Assembly (NCBI GenBank): GCA_963723125.1
Contig: CAVRPQ010000001.1
Location: forward strand, 761,767 to 825,766
Origin: an uncultured bacterium
GTDB taxonomy: Bacteria; Verrucomicrobiota; Verrucomicrobiia; Limisphaerales; UBA11358
Direction: 5' to 3'
DNA length: 64,000 nt
Part shown: positions 54,152 through 64,000 of the stretch, piece after piece
How the letters are laid out: each line of letters opens with the position of its first letter
Position numbering within the stretch: the stretch's first letter is position 1
Notes under the pieces: generated by a model
Told to the model about the DNA's origin: nothing
What the model saw: the letters and a program-made list of their open reading frames with translations, nothing else
The model's database searches: none
Program-made: the position numbers and the translations under genes

Positions 54152-55324
54152 ATGGAGTTATTGAATCAGACTCCATGTTGCATGAAAGCGATGAGTCTCT
54201 TACCGACCGCAAGACGATGCGGATTGTTGGTTATGCTCTATTGTCTGGTATCTCTCCCGTCGGCTTTCGCTCAACAGGATTACGACCCCATCGCCGGACC
54301 TCTGCCGAGAATCATCAGTCCGGCAAACCACGCTGTTTTCTTTGCGCCAGTGGACATCCCGCTGTTCGCGTTTGCCATACGCACCAATGTGGAGTTTTAT
54401 GCAGGCACAAACGATTTGGGACGCGGATACAATCTTGGCCTGGGTGCAGATGACCTTCAACCGGGTGGCTTCCAGTTTGATTTCGTCATCGCCGGACACA
54501 TTCCGCAGCTCAGCCATATTTTTTATCGGATGTGGACAAATGTGCCGCCGGGTTCCTATGCTCTGACTGCGGTGACAACCGATGGCATTGACGATCTGGA
54601 CAACAGGACTTCACCACCCGTGAACATCACTGTCCTCTCTTCAACAAACACTACCGGAACGCGCGTGGTCAGCATTTTTGCCGCAGATCCAATCGCAATT
54701 TCAGGCACAAATTCGTGGGTGTGGCTGGGCACCACAAATGAGACGCCAGCGTGGACCGACTGGCCACCGCCGATCTGGCACTCCTTTACCAATTGGGGTC
54801 CTAGGAATGCGCTTTTCCTTGTTCAATCCTCCGGCAACACCAGTGACACTTTTGCCGTCACCTACAATATCAGTGGTACTGCCAGCAACGGCGTAGACTA
54901 CGACGCCTTACCCGGTTCGGTGACGATTCCCGCTGGCAAATCGCACGCTTGGATTCCCATTGTGCCCATTGACAATGGCCCGCCTTATATTCCCAAGACC
55001 GTTATTCTTACGCTCACCCCGGCCACCAATGGCCCGCCTCCGCTTTATGTCTTGGGCAGCCCCACCAATGCCGAGGCGTTAATACTTCATGACTGGCCGG
55101 TTTCGTTCCCGTTCCTGTTGCCTGACGGAACCTTCCATGTGAATGCCACCGGACCCGACGGTGCGTGGTTTTCGATTCAAATTTCCAGCGATTTACAAAA
55201 TTGGTCGTCCGTTTCCACCAATCAAGTATTCCAAGGCTCGATTGATTTTATTGACCCGACTGCACCGAATAATTCCAGCCAGTTCTATCGCGCGGAGCCG
55301 GTGACAAACACCCCGACGAATTAA
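54152..55324 (+). CDS. secreted protein with Calx-beta-like domain
   Basis: Signal peptide ...LVSLPSAFAQQ (the true start may be ATG 54182). YNISGTASNGVDYDALPGSVTIPAGKSHAWIPIVPIDNG resembles Calx-beta. Confidence 0.65.
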   Translation: MELLNQTPCCMKAMSLLPTARRCGLLVMLYCLVSLPSAFAQQDYDPIAGPLPRIISPANHAVFFAPVDIPLFAFAIRTNVEFYAGTNDLGRGYNLGLGADDLQPGGFQFDFVIAGHIPQLSHIFYRMWTNVPPGSYALTAVTTDGIDDLDNRTSPPVNITVLSSTNTTGTRVVSIFAADPIAISGTNSWVWLGTTNETPAWTDWPPPIWHSFTNWGPRNALFLVQSSGNTSDTFAVTYNISGTASNGVDYDALPGSVTIPAGKSHAWIPIVPIDNGPPYIPKTVILTLTPATNGPPPLYVLGSPTNAEALILHDWPVSFPFLLPDGTFHVNATGPDGAWFSIQISSDLQNWSSVSTNQVFQGSIDFIDPTAPNNSSQFYRAEPVTNTPTN

Positions 55325-55752
55325 TATTCAAGCGTCCGGCGGAGCATTTCGGGAATGTTACACAACTGCGTATGGCTCAAGAAACATTGATGGGTATGAA
55401 AACAAAGCAAGCCGCCTAACACCCCGCGAGGCCGTGTGAAAAGTCCCGGACCCGCAAAAATTTCGCTCAGATTTGGCTTATGACGCATTTTAATGAACTG
55501 AGCAGACCGGTGGATGGTCAAAAAATGAGTTTTCACACAGCCTCCCGCTGGTGCCAACTCCGATGAACAGCGTCGCGAGCAGGCTTGCCACTGCCCCTTC
55601 CGCCTTCGCTCCCAGCTGCGTTGCACTTCGACGCGGCGGGTCGTTACGGCGCGACAAGTGAGTTTTGGCGGCTTTCGGAGCTTGACTTCCGGTTGGCGTG
55701 GCTTTGGATCGTTAGGCGGTGCTGCATCGTTGCAGCGAGAAAGGACAAGATT

Positions 55753-56016
55753 ATGAGTTTGCTACAAAAGTTGCTTGTGACACTTCTTCCCAGGAAGTGG
55801 GCCGAAAGCATGGAAGCGGCATCTCGCAATTGGACAGCCCGTTGCCCCTGTGGTTTCGAGCGGTCGTTTTGGGAAGCCGGAGGCATCCGTTGGAAAGCCG
55901 GGGGCAAAGAGAAGATTTATCTTTCCTGCCCGCAATGTGGGCAGTCTCAATGGCACACAATTTACAGGAAGCCGGCTACCGGCAAGGCAAGCGTTGCTCC
56001 TGATCATCCGGCGTGA
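55753..56016 (+). CDS. small zinc-ribbon protein (hypothetical)
   Basis: 87 aa with Cys pairs CPCG ... CPQCG. Start chosen at the internal ATG. Confidence 0.4.
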   Translation: MSLLQKLLVTLLPRKWAESMEAASRNWTARCPCGFERSFWEAGGIRWKAGGKEKIYLSCPQCGQSQWHTIYRKPATGKASVAPDHPA

Positions 56017-56295
56017 GATGGAATTGGCTGTTCACACCCCCTGGCACCGCGCTGGAGCCAGGGAAACAGAGGACGAATGTCAGAGAACAGATGACGGACA
56101 AAGATTGAGCCGTGAGATTTGAGAGTCTGGACTGCAGTGATTCGCGCCGTAATTGCCAGCTTCGCTCTGCTCGAGCAACGCCGGACCAGGCAGTTCTGGA
56201 ACGTCAGGCGGCATTGGGCGCGTATCAAAAATATCAATGCCGGGTGATGAATTATCAATTAACATGTTCATTTACGGCCCGGTAGAGTAACGGGC

Positions 56296-56742
56296 ATGAG
56301 AACTTTAATCATTGGACTGGTCGTTCTGATGTTGACCGGCTCCATGGTTGCGCAGCCTTCCCGGCAGGATCCAATCAAGCAGGACCTGAATGGAATCCAA
56401 GGGACCTGGAAGATCGTCGCTCTGGAAGTTGACGGCCAACAGGCCCCTACGGAAATAGTCGCTACGTTGAAGCTCGTGTTCAAGGATGATACGCTTATGT
56501 TCACGCCCGGCGAACCCGGCTTCACGAACTACAAGTTCAAACTCGACCCGGCTTCGAAGCCGGCGGGCTTCGCCATGACCCACGCCGACGGCACGCAAAA
56601 AGGCAAAACCGACAAGGGTATCTATGCGTTGGAGAGCGACCGCCTCAAGATTTGCTTTTGCCTTTCTGGCAAGATTCCAAAAGAATTCACGGTGAAAGCC
56701 AGGTCCGGGCAGTGGATGTATTCCCTGGAGCGGGAGAAATGA
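56296..56742 (+). CDS. TIGR03067-like secreted protein
   Basis: Signal peptide, then LNGIQGTWKIVALEVDGQQAP...KGIYALESDRLKICF pattern as recalled for TIGR03067. Confidence 0.65.
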   Translation: MRTLIIGLVVLMLTGSMVAQPSRQDPIKQDLNGIQGTWKIVALEVDGQQAPTEIVATLKLVFKDDTLMFTPGEPGFTNYKFKLDPASKPAGFAMTHADGTQKGKTDKGIYALESDRLKICFCLSGKIPKEFTVKARSGQWMYSLEREK

Positions 56743-56916
56743 ATGATCAGAGATACATATTGCTGCCCATCCGGTCGCCGGAGCCAACCGCTGCAGGCGC
56801 TTTCAGTTCCGCTATCGCAGTCCGGCAGTGGCTCGACAATCCATGTTATGCAGCAAGGCACATCATATCCAAACGACCAGTGAAAACGGCATTAAAATGC
56901 GCGTTTCTATTGGCGG

Positions 56917-58389
56917 GGGCGCATCTCAGTTTCTTGCAGAGTAGTGTAAGCTCAGGGCATGACAACTCCCTGCCTTGAAGCTGTGGGTTCCACGATAACC
57001 TCTGGGACCTCATCCGAACCGCTGGCGGTGCTGGCCGCCCGTGCGGCGTGCGCCTTGGAACATTCGATCCAACGCCTCGTGCTGGCCAGCGATCAAAACC
57101 TCGGCCATCTCGAAGTCCAAGCCGTTCGGGATGTCCAGGAACTGCTTGGCCAAACGATCGAACGTGGTGCTCAAGCCAAAGCCGACGCTACGCCACCGGT
57201 CTGCCCGGTCTGTGGACAAACCCTCACCCGCCTTTCCACTGACCAGCCACGCACCTTCGAGTCGCGCTTTGGTTCGATCACCGTCAAACGCACCCGCGGC
57301 TACTGCAAACGCTGTCGCAAATGGCGCGTGCCCGCCGACGCCGCCCTGGGGTTAGAAGAAAGTGCCGGCTACTCACCCGCCGTGCAAAACATGGCGGCGC
57401 TCTTGGCCAGCAAAATGCCCATCGAGGACGCCAGCGCCGTGCTGGAACATCTCACCGGCGTCAAATTGCCCCGCGCCACACTGGATCGCGAAGCCCGTCG
57501 GCAAGGCGAACGCGCCCAACGGTTGCGCACCCACCTTGATCAGCAAGCCGCCACCGCCCAGAACCAACTTGAACTGACCCTCGAACCCTACCAGATGATC
57601 CTCCAACTGGACGCCTGGAACATCCGCGAACGCGATGCCTGGGGCCAGAGTGAGGCGTTGCGCCGCCAGGGCAAAGAACCTGAACGCTGGCATTGGGTTT
57701 ACACCGGCACCTGTTTTCGACTCGATCACCGCGGCCAGACCGCGGGCGGACGGCCCGTCATCACCCAACGGGGCTTCGTCGCCACGCGTGCGGGCATTGA
57801 CGCCTTGCGCGAACAACTGCACGCCGAAGCCTTGCGCCGCGGCCTGGGCCAAGCCGCCAGCGCGCTGGTCATTGGTGATGGGGCCGTATGGATCTGGCGT
57901 CTGGCCGACGACCGCTGGCCACAAGCCCGCCAGCGACTTGACTTCTATCATGCCCTACAACACTTGGCCGCTGTGGGCCGAGCGCTCTTTGGCGAAGACA
58001 AAGAAAAGCTCAAGGCCTGGCTCAGACCCTTGGTCCAACAACTCAAGAACGAATCCTCGCTCAAAGTGATCCGTCAATTGGAAGAGGCCTTGGCCACAAT
58101 GCCCGGCGGGCCGGCCACCGCGGCGGTGGCCAAAGAATTGGAATACTTCCACGACCATCAACAGCGAATGGATTACCGGGCCGGGCGGCGAGCGGGCGAA
58201 CCGATTGGCAGTGGTCCGGTGGAGGCGACCTGCCGGCAGACCCAATGCCGGTTCAAACGCCCGGGCCAGTTCTGGAGTCAGGCTGGTGATGAAGCCTTAT
58301 TGTGTTTGGAAACATTCTGGCGCAACGACCGCTGGCACCTGCTCTTCCCTCACACCACATTCAACCCTGCAAGAAACTGAGATGCGCCC
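56917..58389 (+). mobile_element. IS element copy 3
   Basis: Same IRs. 9-bp TSD TATTGGCGG at 56908-56916 and 58390-58398. Confidence 0.9.
56959..58380 (+). CDS. IS transposase (473 aa)
   Basis: Identical translation to the other two copies. Confidence 0.85.
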   Translation: MTTPCLEAVGSTITSGTSSEPLAVLAARAACALEHSIQRLVLASDQNLGHLEVQAVRDVQELLGQTIERGAQAKADATPPVCPVCGQTLTRLSTDQPRTFESRFGSITVKRTRGYCKRCRKWRVPADAALGLEESAGYSPAVQNMAALLASKMPIEDASAVLEHLTGVKLPRATLDREARRQGERAQRLRTHLDQQAATAQNQLELTLEPYQMILQLDAWNIRERDAWGQSEALRRQGKEPERWHWVYTGTCFRLDHRGQTAGGRPVITQRGFVATRAGIDALREQLHAEALRRGLGQAASALVIGDGAVWIWRLADDRWPQARQRLDFYHALQHLAAVGRALFGEDKEKLKAWLRPLVQQLKNESSLKVIRQLEEALATMPGGPATAAVAKELEYFHDHQQRMDYRAGRRAGEPIGSGPVEATCRQTQCRFKRPGQFWSQAGDEALLCLETFWRNDRWHLLFPHTTFNPARN

Positions 58390-58925
58390 TATTGGCGGCC
58401 GTGTGCGGTTTGCTGTTTTCTCTGGCTGGTTGCACTCCATACCGCTCATACCGTATTGGTGGACTTAACCAAGGCCTGGTTCGCGGTGGCGGCTATTCCG
58501 ACAAGCAGTTGGCTCCCGATGCGTTCAGAATTGACTTTGATGGCAATGCTTTCACCTCCTGGAGACGCACCCAGGATTTTGCGATGCTTCGCGCTGCTGA
58601 CGTTGTCACAGAGCATAACTTTAAATATTTCGCCATCACTTCCGGTGGAAACAGCTCTTACGATGGCAGCACTTCCATCAGCCCGACCTATACGCAGCCG
58701 AGCACAGGCTATCCGTTATTCAATCCCGTGTCGGCTCTTACTATTCGCTGCTTCAGTGAAAAGCCGGAGGGTGTTTACACATTTGATGCGGTTTACCTGC
58801 AACAGACGCTGAGGAAAAAATACAACCTCAAGCCGCCTGACCCGGCGCCGGCACTAAAGCCGTCAAAAGCCGGGGGTTGAGGCAACCGACGGCAGAGGAC
58901 GGATGGCCATTGAGCCACACGTCAT

Positions 58926-61253
58926 TTATTCCTGCGGATAAACCAGAATGCGGTCATGCACGACTACGATCAGATCGTTTTTCTTGCCGCCGGTCACGTT
59001 CGCCACCAGCGCTTCGCGCGGTTCCGGCAAAGCGTCCGTCGCCCCCCGGAAGGTGTGCTCTTCAAAGACCTGCCAGCGAATGGCCGGCACCAGTTTGTGC
59101 TGCCGGCTGAAATTGACGATGTCGAGATAGTTCTTGGCCGTCTCCAGAAAAATCAGCTCCTTGCGGCCGTCATTGTTCAAATCACCGGCCGACACGTCAT
59201 TCAGATAGCCGTCCTTGATGGGTGTGTCGTAACCGTCGAGCGCCTCCAGGTCCCACACTTCGCCTCCCAATGGCATCCAGGCCACGGCGTTTTGGCCCAG
59301 AAACGCAATGCTCTGAGTGTCCCGACCGCCCAGCGACACGGATTGCACACCGTTGAAATCGGAGACCGGCAGGTCCACGTTGCGCCGAACCTGCCAGACG
59401 CCCGCCGCATCGCGTTCACACAAGGTCAAACAGCCATGTTCCGCGTCGAGCAGGAAAATGGAAGGGGCCGCATTGTTGCCATTTCGCAACGCCGTGGCGC
59501 CAACGATGCGCGAATCACTCCACGAACCGTTGATCTGGTCCTTCACCCGAAACACCCACTCCGACCGGTTGGTGGTGCCTGCGATTTCCGTTTCCTTTTC
59601 GAGCACGACCGCGCGCACGAAATTCTTCTGGGGCAGCAACAATTCCGGTTTGCCATCACCATCCACATCCACCGACGTGAGCCAGGGCCGTTCCATCGCA
59701 CCGCCGGGCGGGTCCACATCTTCTTCATCAAAACTCCCGTCGGATTTTTGCAGCAGGACCTTGATTTTTTCATAGGGAATCAGCACCACCAGATCCGGCA
59801 ATCCGTCCTGATTCACGTCCTGAATCGCCATCCCCACCGGGTTGGAGGTAAACGTTTCACTCAGCTTTTGGGTCCGGATTTTGCCGTCCGCGGCGCGGAT
59901 CACCAGAAAACGCTGTCCATTCTGATCCACAATCATCGCCAGGACCGGCTTGGCGCCGGGACGCAAGACGCCCACCGCCATCACCAGCGGCTTGCCATCA
60001 ATCGGCAGGAGCGTGGGAAACGGCAGCCGGCCGCTTTTATCAAATTGCGTCATGCCCACCGCGTTTTCGCTCTGGCTCAGGAGAAAAATTTCCGATTTGC
60101 CGTCGTTGTTCCAATCCGCCGCCGCCAACTGGCTCACGCCGGCCAGGGTTGGAAACGTCTGCGGTTCAGCCAGTGACCCGTCCGGTCGCTGCAAATACAC
60201 CGAGACTTGCCCGCTGTCCGGCTGGGCCACGAGCAAATCCGGCCGGCCATCACCGTTGACATCGGCCCAAAGCACTCCGCGTTGCGCCGCATCCGTCTTG
60301 GTCAGCGGCAGGATTTGAAATTGTCCCTGGCGGAAGGCACCGGACAAAGGCTCGGCCGGTTTGCGGATGAATTGTGAAACCTCCGCCCGACCGGAGCTTT
60401 GCGCGATGGTGACCACATAATTTTTGGCATTCCCTTCCAGATTGTCCGCAGTGTACGAGCGGATGGGCGGTGATTTGAAATAAATCTCCGGGCCGAGCTG
60501 GCCGGAAGCGCTTTGCAACCGGAAACGAAACGGCGTCGGGCTGTCCCAATCCACCAACAACAAATCCTTTCGGCCATCGCCGTTCACGTCCACGATTTGC
60601 GCGGCCTCCGGTGTGCCCGAATATGCGATTTTTTGCGGCTCACCCAGCGTGTGGTCCGCCAATTGCGGCAGAAAGTACAGCGAGCCGTTGTCGCCCAGCA
60701 AAACGAGGTCCGCGCGCCCGTCGCCGTTCAAATCGCCCTCGGTCAGCGCGTTGGCGTCGGTCCGCCCGTTCTCAATGTGCCAGCGTTTGGGGTCGCTCCA
60801 GCCGTTGGTTCCCTGATTGTAAACCACCTCCAGGTCCTTGCCGTCGCCATAAAAGGCAATATCCGGTCTGCCGTCACCATTGAGGTCGGCCACCACCATG
60901 GCGCTGATGTGTTCATCCACAGGAATGGAATCAATGCGAAAACGCGAGCCGGGCGGCAACTGATTGATCTCCAGCGGTTGCGATGAATCCACGGCGGCTT
61001 TGACATTGGTTTTGCCGGTCTGATTGTAGAGCAGCATGATTTTCGAGCGCAGATTGTTGGCCACAACGAGATCGTTCAAGCCATTGCCGGTCAAATCCGC
61101 CGCGTGCAACAGGCTGATTTGCTGGTCAATCGGAAAGATTTCCGGACCGGTAAACACGAGTTCCGGCGCGGTCGTTTTGCCGGAGCCATCGGAAACAAAA
61201 TTGAAAATCACTGCCGTCAGGACGGCACACCATGAAAATTTCATGCCGCGCAA
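58926..61253 (-). CDS. FG-GAP/VCBS-repeat (integrin-alpha-like beta-propeller) secreted protein
   Basis: Signal peptide. Repeated DLNGDGRPDI, DVNGDGRKDLL, DVDGDGKPELL, DLNNDGRKELI motifs. Confidence 0.85.
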   Translation of the reverse strand: MRGMKFSWCAVLTAVIFNFVSDGSGKTTAPELVFTGPEIFPIDQQISLLHAADLTGNGLNDLVVANNLRSKIMLLYNQTGKTNVKAAVDSSQPLEINQLPPGSRFRIDSIPVDEHISAMVVADLNGDGRPDIAFYGDGKDLEVVYNQGTNGWSDPKRWHIENGRTDANALTEGDLNGDGRADLVLLGDNGSLYFLPQLADHTLGEPQKIAYSGTPEAAQIVDVNGDGRKDLLLVDWDSPTPFRFRLQSASGQLGPEIYFKSPPIRSYTADNLEGNAKNYVVTIAQSSGRAEVSQFIRKPAEPLSGAFRQGQFQILPLTKTDAAQRGVLWADVNGDGRPDLLVAQPDSGQVSVYLQRPDGSLAEPQTFPTLAGVSQLAAADWNNDGKSEIFLLSQSENAVGMTQFDKSGRLPFPTLLPIDGKPLVMAVGVLRPGAKPVLAMIVDQNGQRFLVIRAADGKIRTQKLSETFTSNPVGMAIQDVNQDGLPDLVVLIPYEKIKVLLQKSDGSFDEEDVDPPGGAMERPWLTSVDVDGDGKPELLLPQKNFVRAVVLEKETEIAGTTNRSEWVFRVKDQINGSWSDSRIVGATALRNGNNAAPSIFLLDAEHGCLTLCERDAAGVWQVRRNVDLPVSDFNGVQSVSLGGRDTQSIAFLGQNAVAWMPLGGEVWDLEALDGYDTPIKDGYLNDVSAGDLNNDGRKELIFLETAKNYLDIVNFSRQHKLVPAIRWQVFEEHTFRGATDALPEPREALVANVTGGKKNDLIVVVHDRILVYPQE

Positions 61254-61386
61254 CCTGCCATCTGCCGGCGCGCTTGGCCAGTTTATTCGCCGATGAATAG
61301 TGGATCACTTTTACTGGCAGGGACCGTGTCGCCGACGCGTCCGGACGGCTGGCGTTGCAGGCCGTCTCTGCCTTCCCAATCGCCTG

Positions 61387-61806
61387 CTATTCGCCGATGA
61401 AATGCAGCACGACGTGGCGCGCGTGCCCGTGGAGGCGGTGTTCCCACAGGTAAATCCCCTGCCAGGTGCCCAGGGCCAGCCGGCCCTTGCGCACGGGAAG
61501 GCTCAGATTCACGGTGGTGAGCGCCGTGCGGATATGCGCCGGCATGTCGTCGTCACCTTCCAGCGTGTGCTCGAATAGCGGGTCGCCATCGGGCACCAGT
61601 CGTTTGAAAAATGCCTCCAGATCACGCCGCGCATCGGGGCTGGCGTTTTCCTGTAGCAATAACGAAGCTGAGGTGTGTTGCAAATGAATTGTCAGCAAAC
61701 CCTCTTTGCATTTGTTTTTGTCCACCCAGCCCTCGAGCTCATGGGTGAACTCATACAGGCCGCGCCCGCGGGTGGCAATGGTCAGTTCATGCGATAGTTG
61801 AATCAT
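61387..61806 (-). CDS. YjbQ/UPF0047-family protein
   Basis: 139 aa. LLTIHLQHTSASLLLQENASPD..., DMPAHIRTAL, LALGTWQGIYLWEHR are typical of UPF0047. Confidence 0.8.
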   Translation of the reverse strand: MIQLSHELTIATRGRGLYEFTHELEGWVDKNKCKEGLLTIHLQHTSASLLLQENASPDARRDLEAFFKRLVPDGDPLFEHTLEGDDDMPAHIRTALTTVNLSLPVRKGRLALGTWQGIYLWEHRLHGHARHVVLHFIGE

Positions 61807-61866
61807 TTATGATTTGACGCGAGCCTCGTCCACACAATCGAAAATCATCAATCATAAATCACAGAT

Positions 61867-63720
61867 TCACTGCGACACCGGCGCGCCTTTTTCGGCCAGC
61901 ATTTTTTCCAGGGCCGGATTGTGCGGCTGGCCGGCGGCGAGCGCCTTTTCATAATGCCAGCGCGCGAGTTCCACCATCGGCGGCTGCTGGGTGAGGTAAA
62001 TCACCGCCAGATTGTTGTGGGCCGCGCCGTAGTTGGGATCCAGTTGCACCGCCCGGCGCAACGCCGTTTCCGCCTGGGTGCGCAACCCCTTTTGCGCCAG
62101 CGTCACCCCCAGATAATTCTCAATGTCCGGATTCTGCGGGTCGAGTTTTGCCGCGCGGCTCAACGCGTCGAGCGCCTCGTCATATTTGGCTTCGGCGAAC
62201 TGGATGCGGCCCTGGACGGTCAGGTTATAGGCGTCATTCGGACTCTGGGCCAGCGCCGCCTGGATGTGTTTGTCCGCGTTGTCCAGCTTGTTTTCCTCCA
62301 GCTCAATCGCGGCCAGATTGGCCAGGGCCAGGCCGTTGTTCTCGTCCTGTTTCAAAATTTGCTGGTAATCGGCCTCGGCCTTGCCGTATTCCCGGGTGGA
62401 AAAATAATTCTGCGCCTCGGCCACCAGGGAAGCCGCGCCGCTGGGCAGTTCATGAACCGATTTCTTCTCCGCGTTGGGATTGGCAGTCAACGCAGGCGTT
62501 GATTGCTTGAACAAGGCCAGTTCCTCGGGTGTGTAGGGAACCGCCTGCGCCTCATCCACCGCTATCCGCGCGCGCAAGGTATCCAACTGCTGCGCCAGCG
62601 CGTCAATCTGCGCTGCCGCATCCTGATTTTTGGCGCCGTAAAGCTTCTTGTTCGCGTCACCCAGCCGCGCCAGCAAATCGTCGCGTTCCTGTTCCAACTC
62701 GCGGATACGCGCCTCGTTTTCGGCCTGGCTCGGCCCCGCCACCGTCGGCGGCGGCTTCGGCGCCATGCCTTGCAATTGTTTCACGCGGTTTTCCAGCGCT
62801 ATTTTCTCCAGCAGGTTCACCTCCGACGCCGATCGCAGGGCGGCAATCTGCGTCTGCGCCCTGGCCAGTTCGGCGGCCGCGTTGCCGGTTCCCACGACCG
62901 CAGCCGGGGCCGATTGGAGACTGGCCACTTGTTTCTTGAGCAGTTCGTTTTCCTGGCGCAAGGCCTCGGCGGCGTCCGCGCTGGCCAGCAGGGATTGCAG
63001 GCGCGTTTGCAGCGTCTGATTTTCCTGTGCCAGCTTGTCGGCGCGCTCCGTTTGGGCGGCCAGTTTCTGGTTGGCCTCGGCCAGCGCCTGTTTCAACAAT
63101 TCGAAGGCTTTGGCGTCCACGCCCGCTGCCGCGTTGCCGCTTCCTTGCGCCAGGCTCACCTTCAGCAAATCATTTTCCTTCATCAACAACCGCAGTTGTT
63201 GCTGGACCTGGGCCAACTGGTCCGGCGACACCGTCGCCGGCTGCGCTGCGAGCGCTTCCTTGAGTTTGGACTGCAACGTTTCATTGTCGCCCCGCAACCG
63301 TCTGACCTGCTCATGCAAGGCGTCGAGCTGCGATTGGAGTTCAGCCGTGGCGGCGGCGGTATTGGCTGCCACCGGCGGTGCGCCGGGCGCCGCGGGCACC
63401 GCTGCCGCTGGTGGAGGCGCATTGGTTGACGGAAGTCTGGCGGTCACCTCGGCGATTTTTTCAGCCAGATAATTCAACCGGAAATTGACGATCCGGGGAT
63501 TCCAGTCCGGGAAGACTTTTTCGAACTTTTGCAGATCGTCCTGCGCCTCGGCATAATCGTCCAACGCCCGGCGGGGTTCGCCCGAATTGTTGAACGCGTC
63601 CGCCTGCTGTATCAGGGCGTAGATGATGAGGTACTGATCATCGGGATTTCCCTGCGCACGCGCCATCGGCGACAGCAAGAGCGCGGCAAACAAAACCGCA
63701 AATACAGCCAGGCATTTCAT
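61867..63720 (-). CDS. secreted coiled-coil plus TPR-repeat protein
   Basis: Start at the internal ATG (MKCLAVFAVLFAALLLSPMARAQG). Long Ala/Gln/Leu coiled-coil region. C-terminal TPR repeats (AYNLTVQGRIQFAEAKYDEALDALSRAAKLDPQN...). Confidence 0.75.
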   Translation of the reverse strand: MKCLAVFAVLFAALLLSPMARAQGNPDDQYLIIYALIQQADAFNNSGEPRRALDDYAEAQDDLQKFEKVFPDWNPRIVNFRLNYLAEKIAEVTARLPSTNAPPPAAAVPAAPGAPPVAANTAAATAELQSQLDALHEQVRRLRGDNETLQSKLKEALAAQPATVSPDQLAQVQQQLRLLMKENDLLKVSLAQGSGNAAAGVDAKAFELLKQALAEANQKLAAQTERADKLAQENQTLQTRLQSLLASADAAEALRQENELLKKQVASLQSAPAAVVGTGNAAAELARAQTQIAALRSASEVNLLEKIALENRVKQLQGMAPKPPPTVAGPSQAENEARIRELEQERDDLLARLGDANKKLYGAKNQDAAAQIDALAQQLDTLRARIAVDEAQAVPYTPEELALFKQSTPALTANPNAEKKSVHELPSGAASLVAEAQNYFSTREYGKAEADYQQILKQDENNGLALANLAAIELEENKLDNADKHIQAALAQSPNDAYNLTVQGRIQFAEAKYDEALDALSRAAKLDPQNPDIENYLGVTLAQKGLRTQAETALRRAVQLDPNYGAAHNNLAVIYLTQQPPMVELARWHYEKALAAGQPHNPALEKMLAEKGAPVSQ

Positions 63721-63775
63721 GTTGGCAAAATACCCCAAGAGAACGTGATTTGGCAACGCCGACTCGTCCCTGCCT

Positions 63776-63803
63776 CCCTCTCCCCGTCCAAGCGGGGAGA
63801 GGG
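63776..63803. repeat. GC-rich hairpin CCCTCTCCCCG-N6-CGGGGAGAGGG
   Basis: Perfect 11-bp stem read directly, just upstream of the TPR gene start on the minus strand. Confidence 0.8.
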
Positions 63804-63820
63804 GGCAAGCATGGCGGCGC

Positions 63821-63987
63821 GTCGGTAGCCTCGCCCCACCCAAGTGCCGCTTTCGTTCGGTGGGGCGAGCGTACTCGCGAGCCGGGCCTGTAGCGGCGCT
63901 GTGTCAGCCCCGATTTTCACAAACGGCCGCCGATGTCGGTCACAGACCGACGCTACAGATTCGGCTCGTCGGTAGCCTCGCCCCACC
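63821..63987. repeat. cluster of palindromic repeat units at the window end
   Basis: GTCGGTAGCCTCGCCCCACC occurs twice (63821-63840, 63968-63987). CTCGCCCCACC pairs with GGTGGGGCGAG (63859-63869). Unit 63888-63958 (ctgtagcg...cgctacag) is homologous to 43309-43354. Confidence 0.8.
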
Positions 63988-64000
63988 AGAGCAGCCCACC

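Larger units (their letters stand above)
56880..58880 (+). pseudogene. lipoprotein gene interrupted in its signal-peptide region by IS copy 3
   Basis: GTG 56880 MKTALKCAFLLA | IS | AVCGLLFSLAGCTPYRSY... Removing the IS and one TSD leaves 519 nt (173 codons). Confidence 0.7.

Overview
GC-rich bacterial chromosomal window. PEP-CTERM, TIGR03067-like, FG-GAP and YXWGXW proteins plus dense palindromic repeat families suggest a Verrucomicrobia (Pedosphaera-like) or other PVC organism; this is inference, no search was run.

Layout:
- 1-4.0 kb: ABC transporter pair, TPR protein, lipoprotein, cell-wall amidase.
- 4.2-17.4 kb: operon of about 13 kb resembling hydrogenase-4/formate hydrogenlyase. The 'large subunit' lacks all four NiFe cysteine ligands, so it is an Ehr-type, hydrogenase-related complex. 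It carries three tandem NuoL/HyfB-like antiporter paralogs.
- 17.5-18.8 kb: enolase.
- 18.9-35.7 kb: accessory island ending at tRNA-Asn with degraded integrases. It holds two operons, each behind a copy of the same structured 5' leader.
  - A: MutS-like ATPase x2, AAA ATPase, small membrane protein, dynamin-like GTPase.
  - B: metallophosphoesterase x2 (one fused to a dimeric-dUTPase-like domain), a second dynamin-like GTPase, an FGE/SUMF1-like protein.
  - A type II methyltransferase and a frameshifted PD-(D/E)xK gene sit between them.
- 35.7-41.3 kb: housekeeping genes mutM, a PRTase, pyrH, tsf, rpsB, and an HtrA-like protease.
- 41-64 kb: secreted and cell-surface genes hit by three identical 1473-bp IS copies, each with 9-bp target duplications. 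Two copies lie inside one reconstructed gene of about 1624 codons.

Cross-cutting observations:
- Two palindromic repeat families are inserted in frame into coding genes, including enolase, the Ehr subunits and both MutS-like genes.
- The leader occurs five times, once upstream of the Ehr operon.
- Three genes are broken by apparent 1-nt deletions in homopolymer runs.

No rRNA genes and no CRISPR array were seen.
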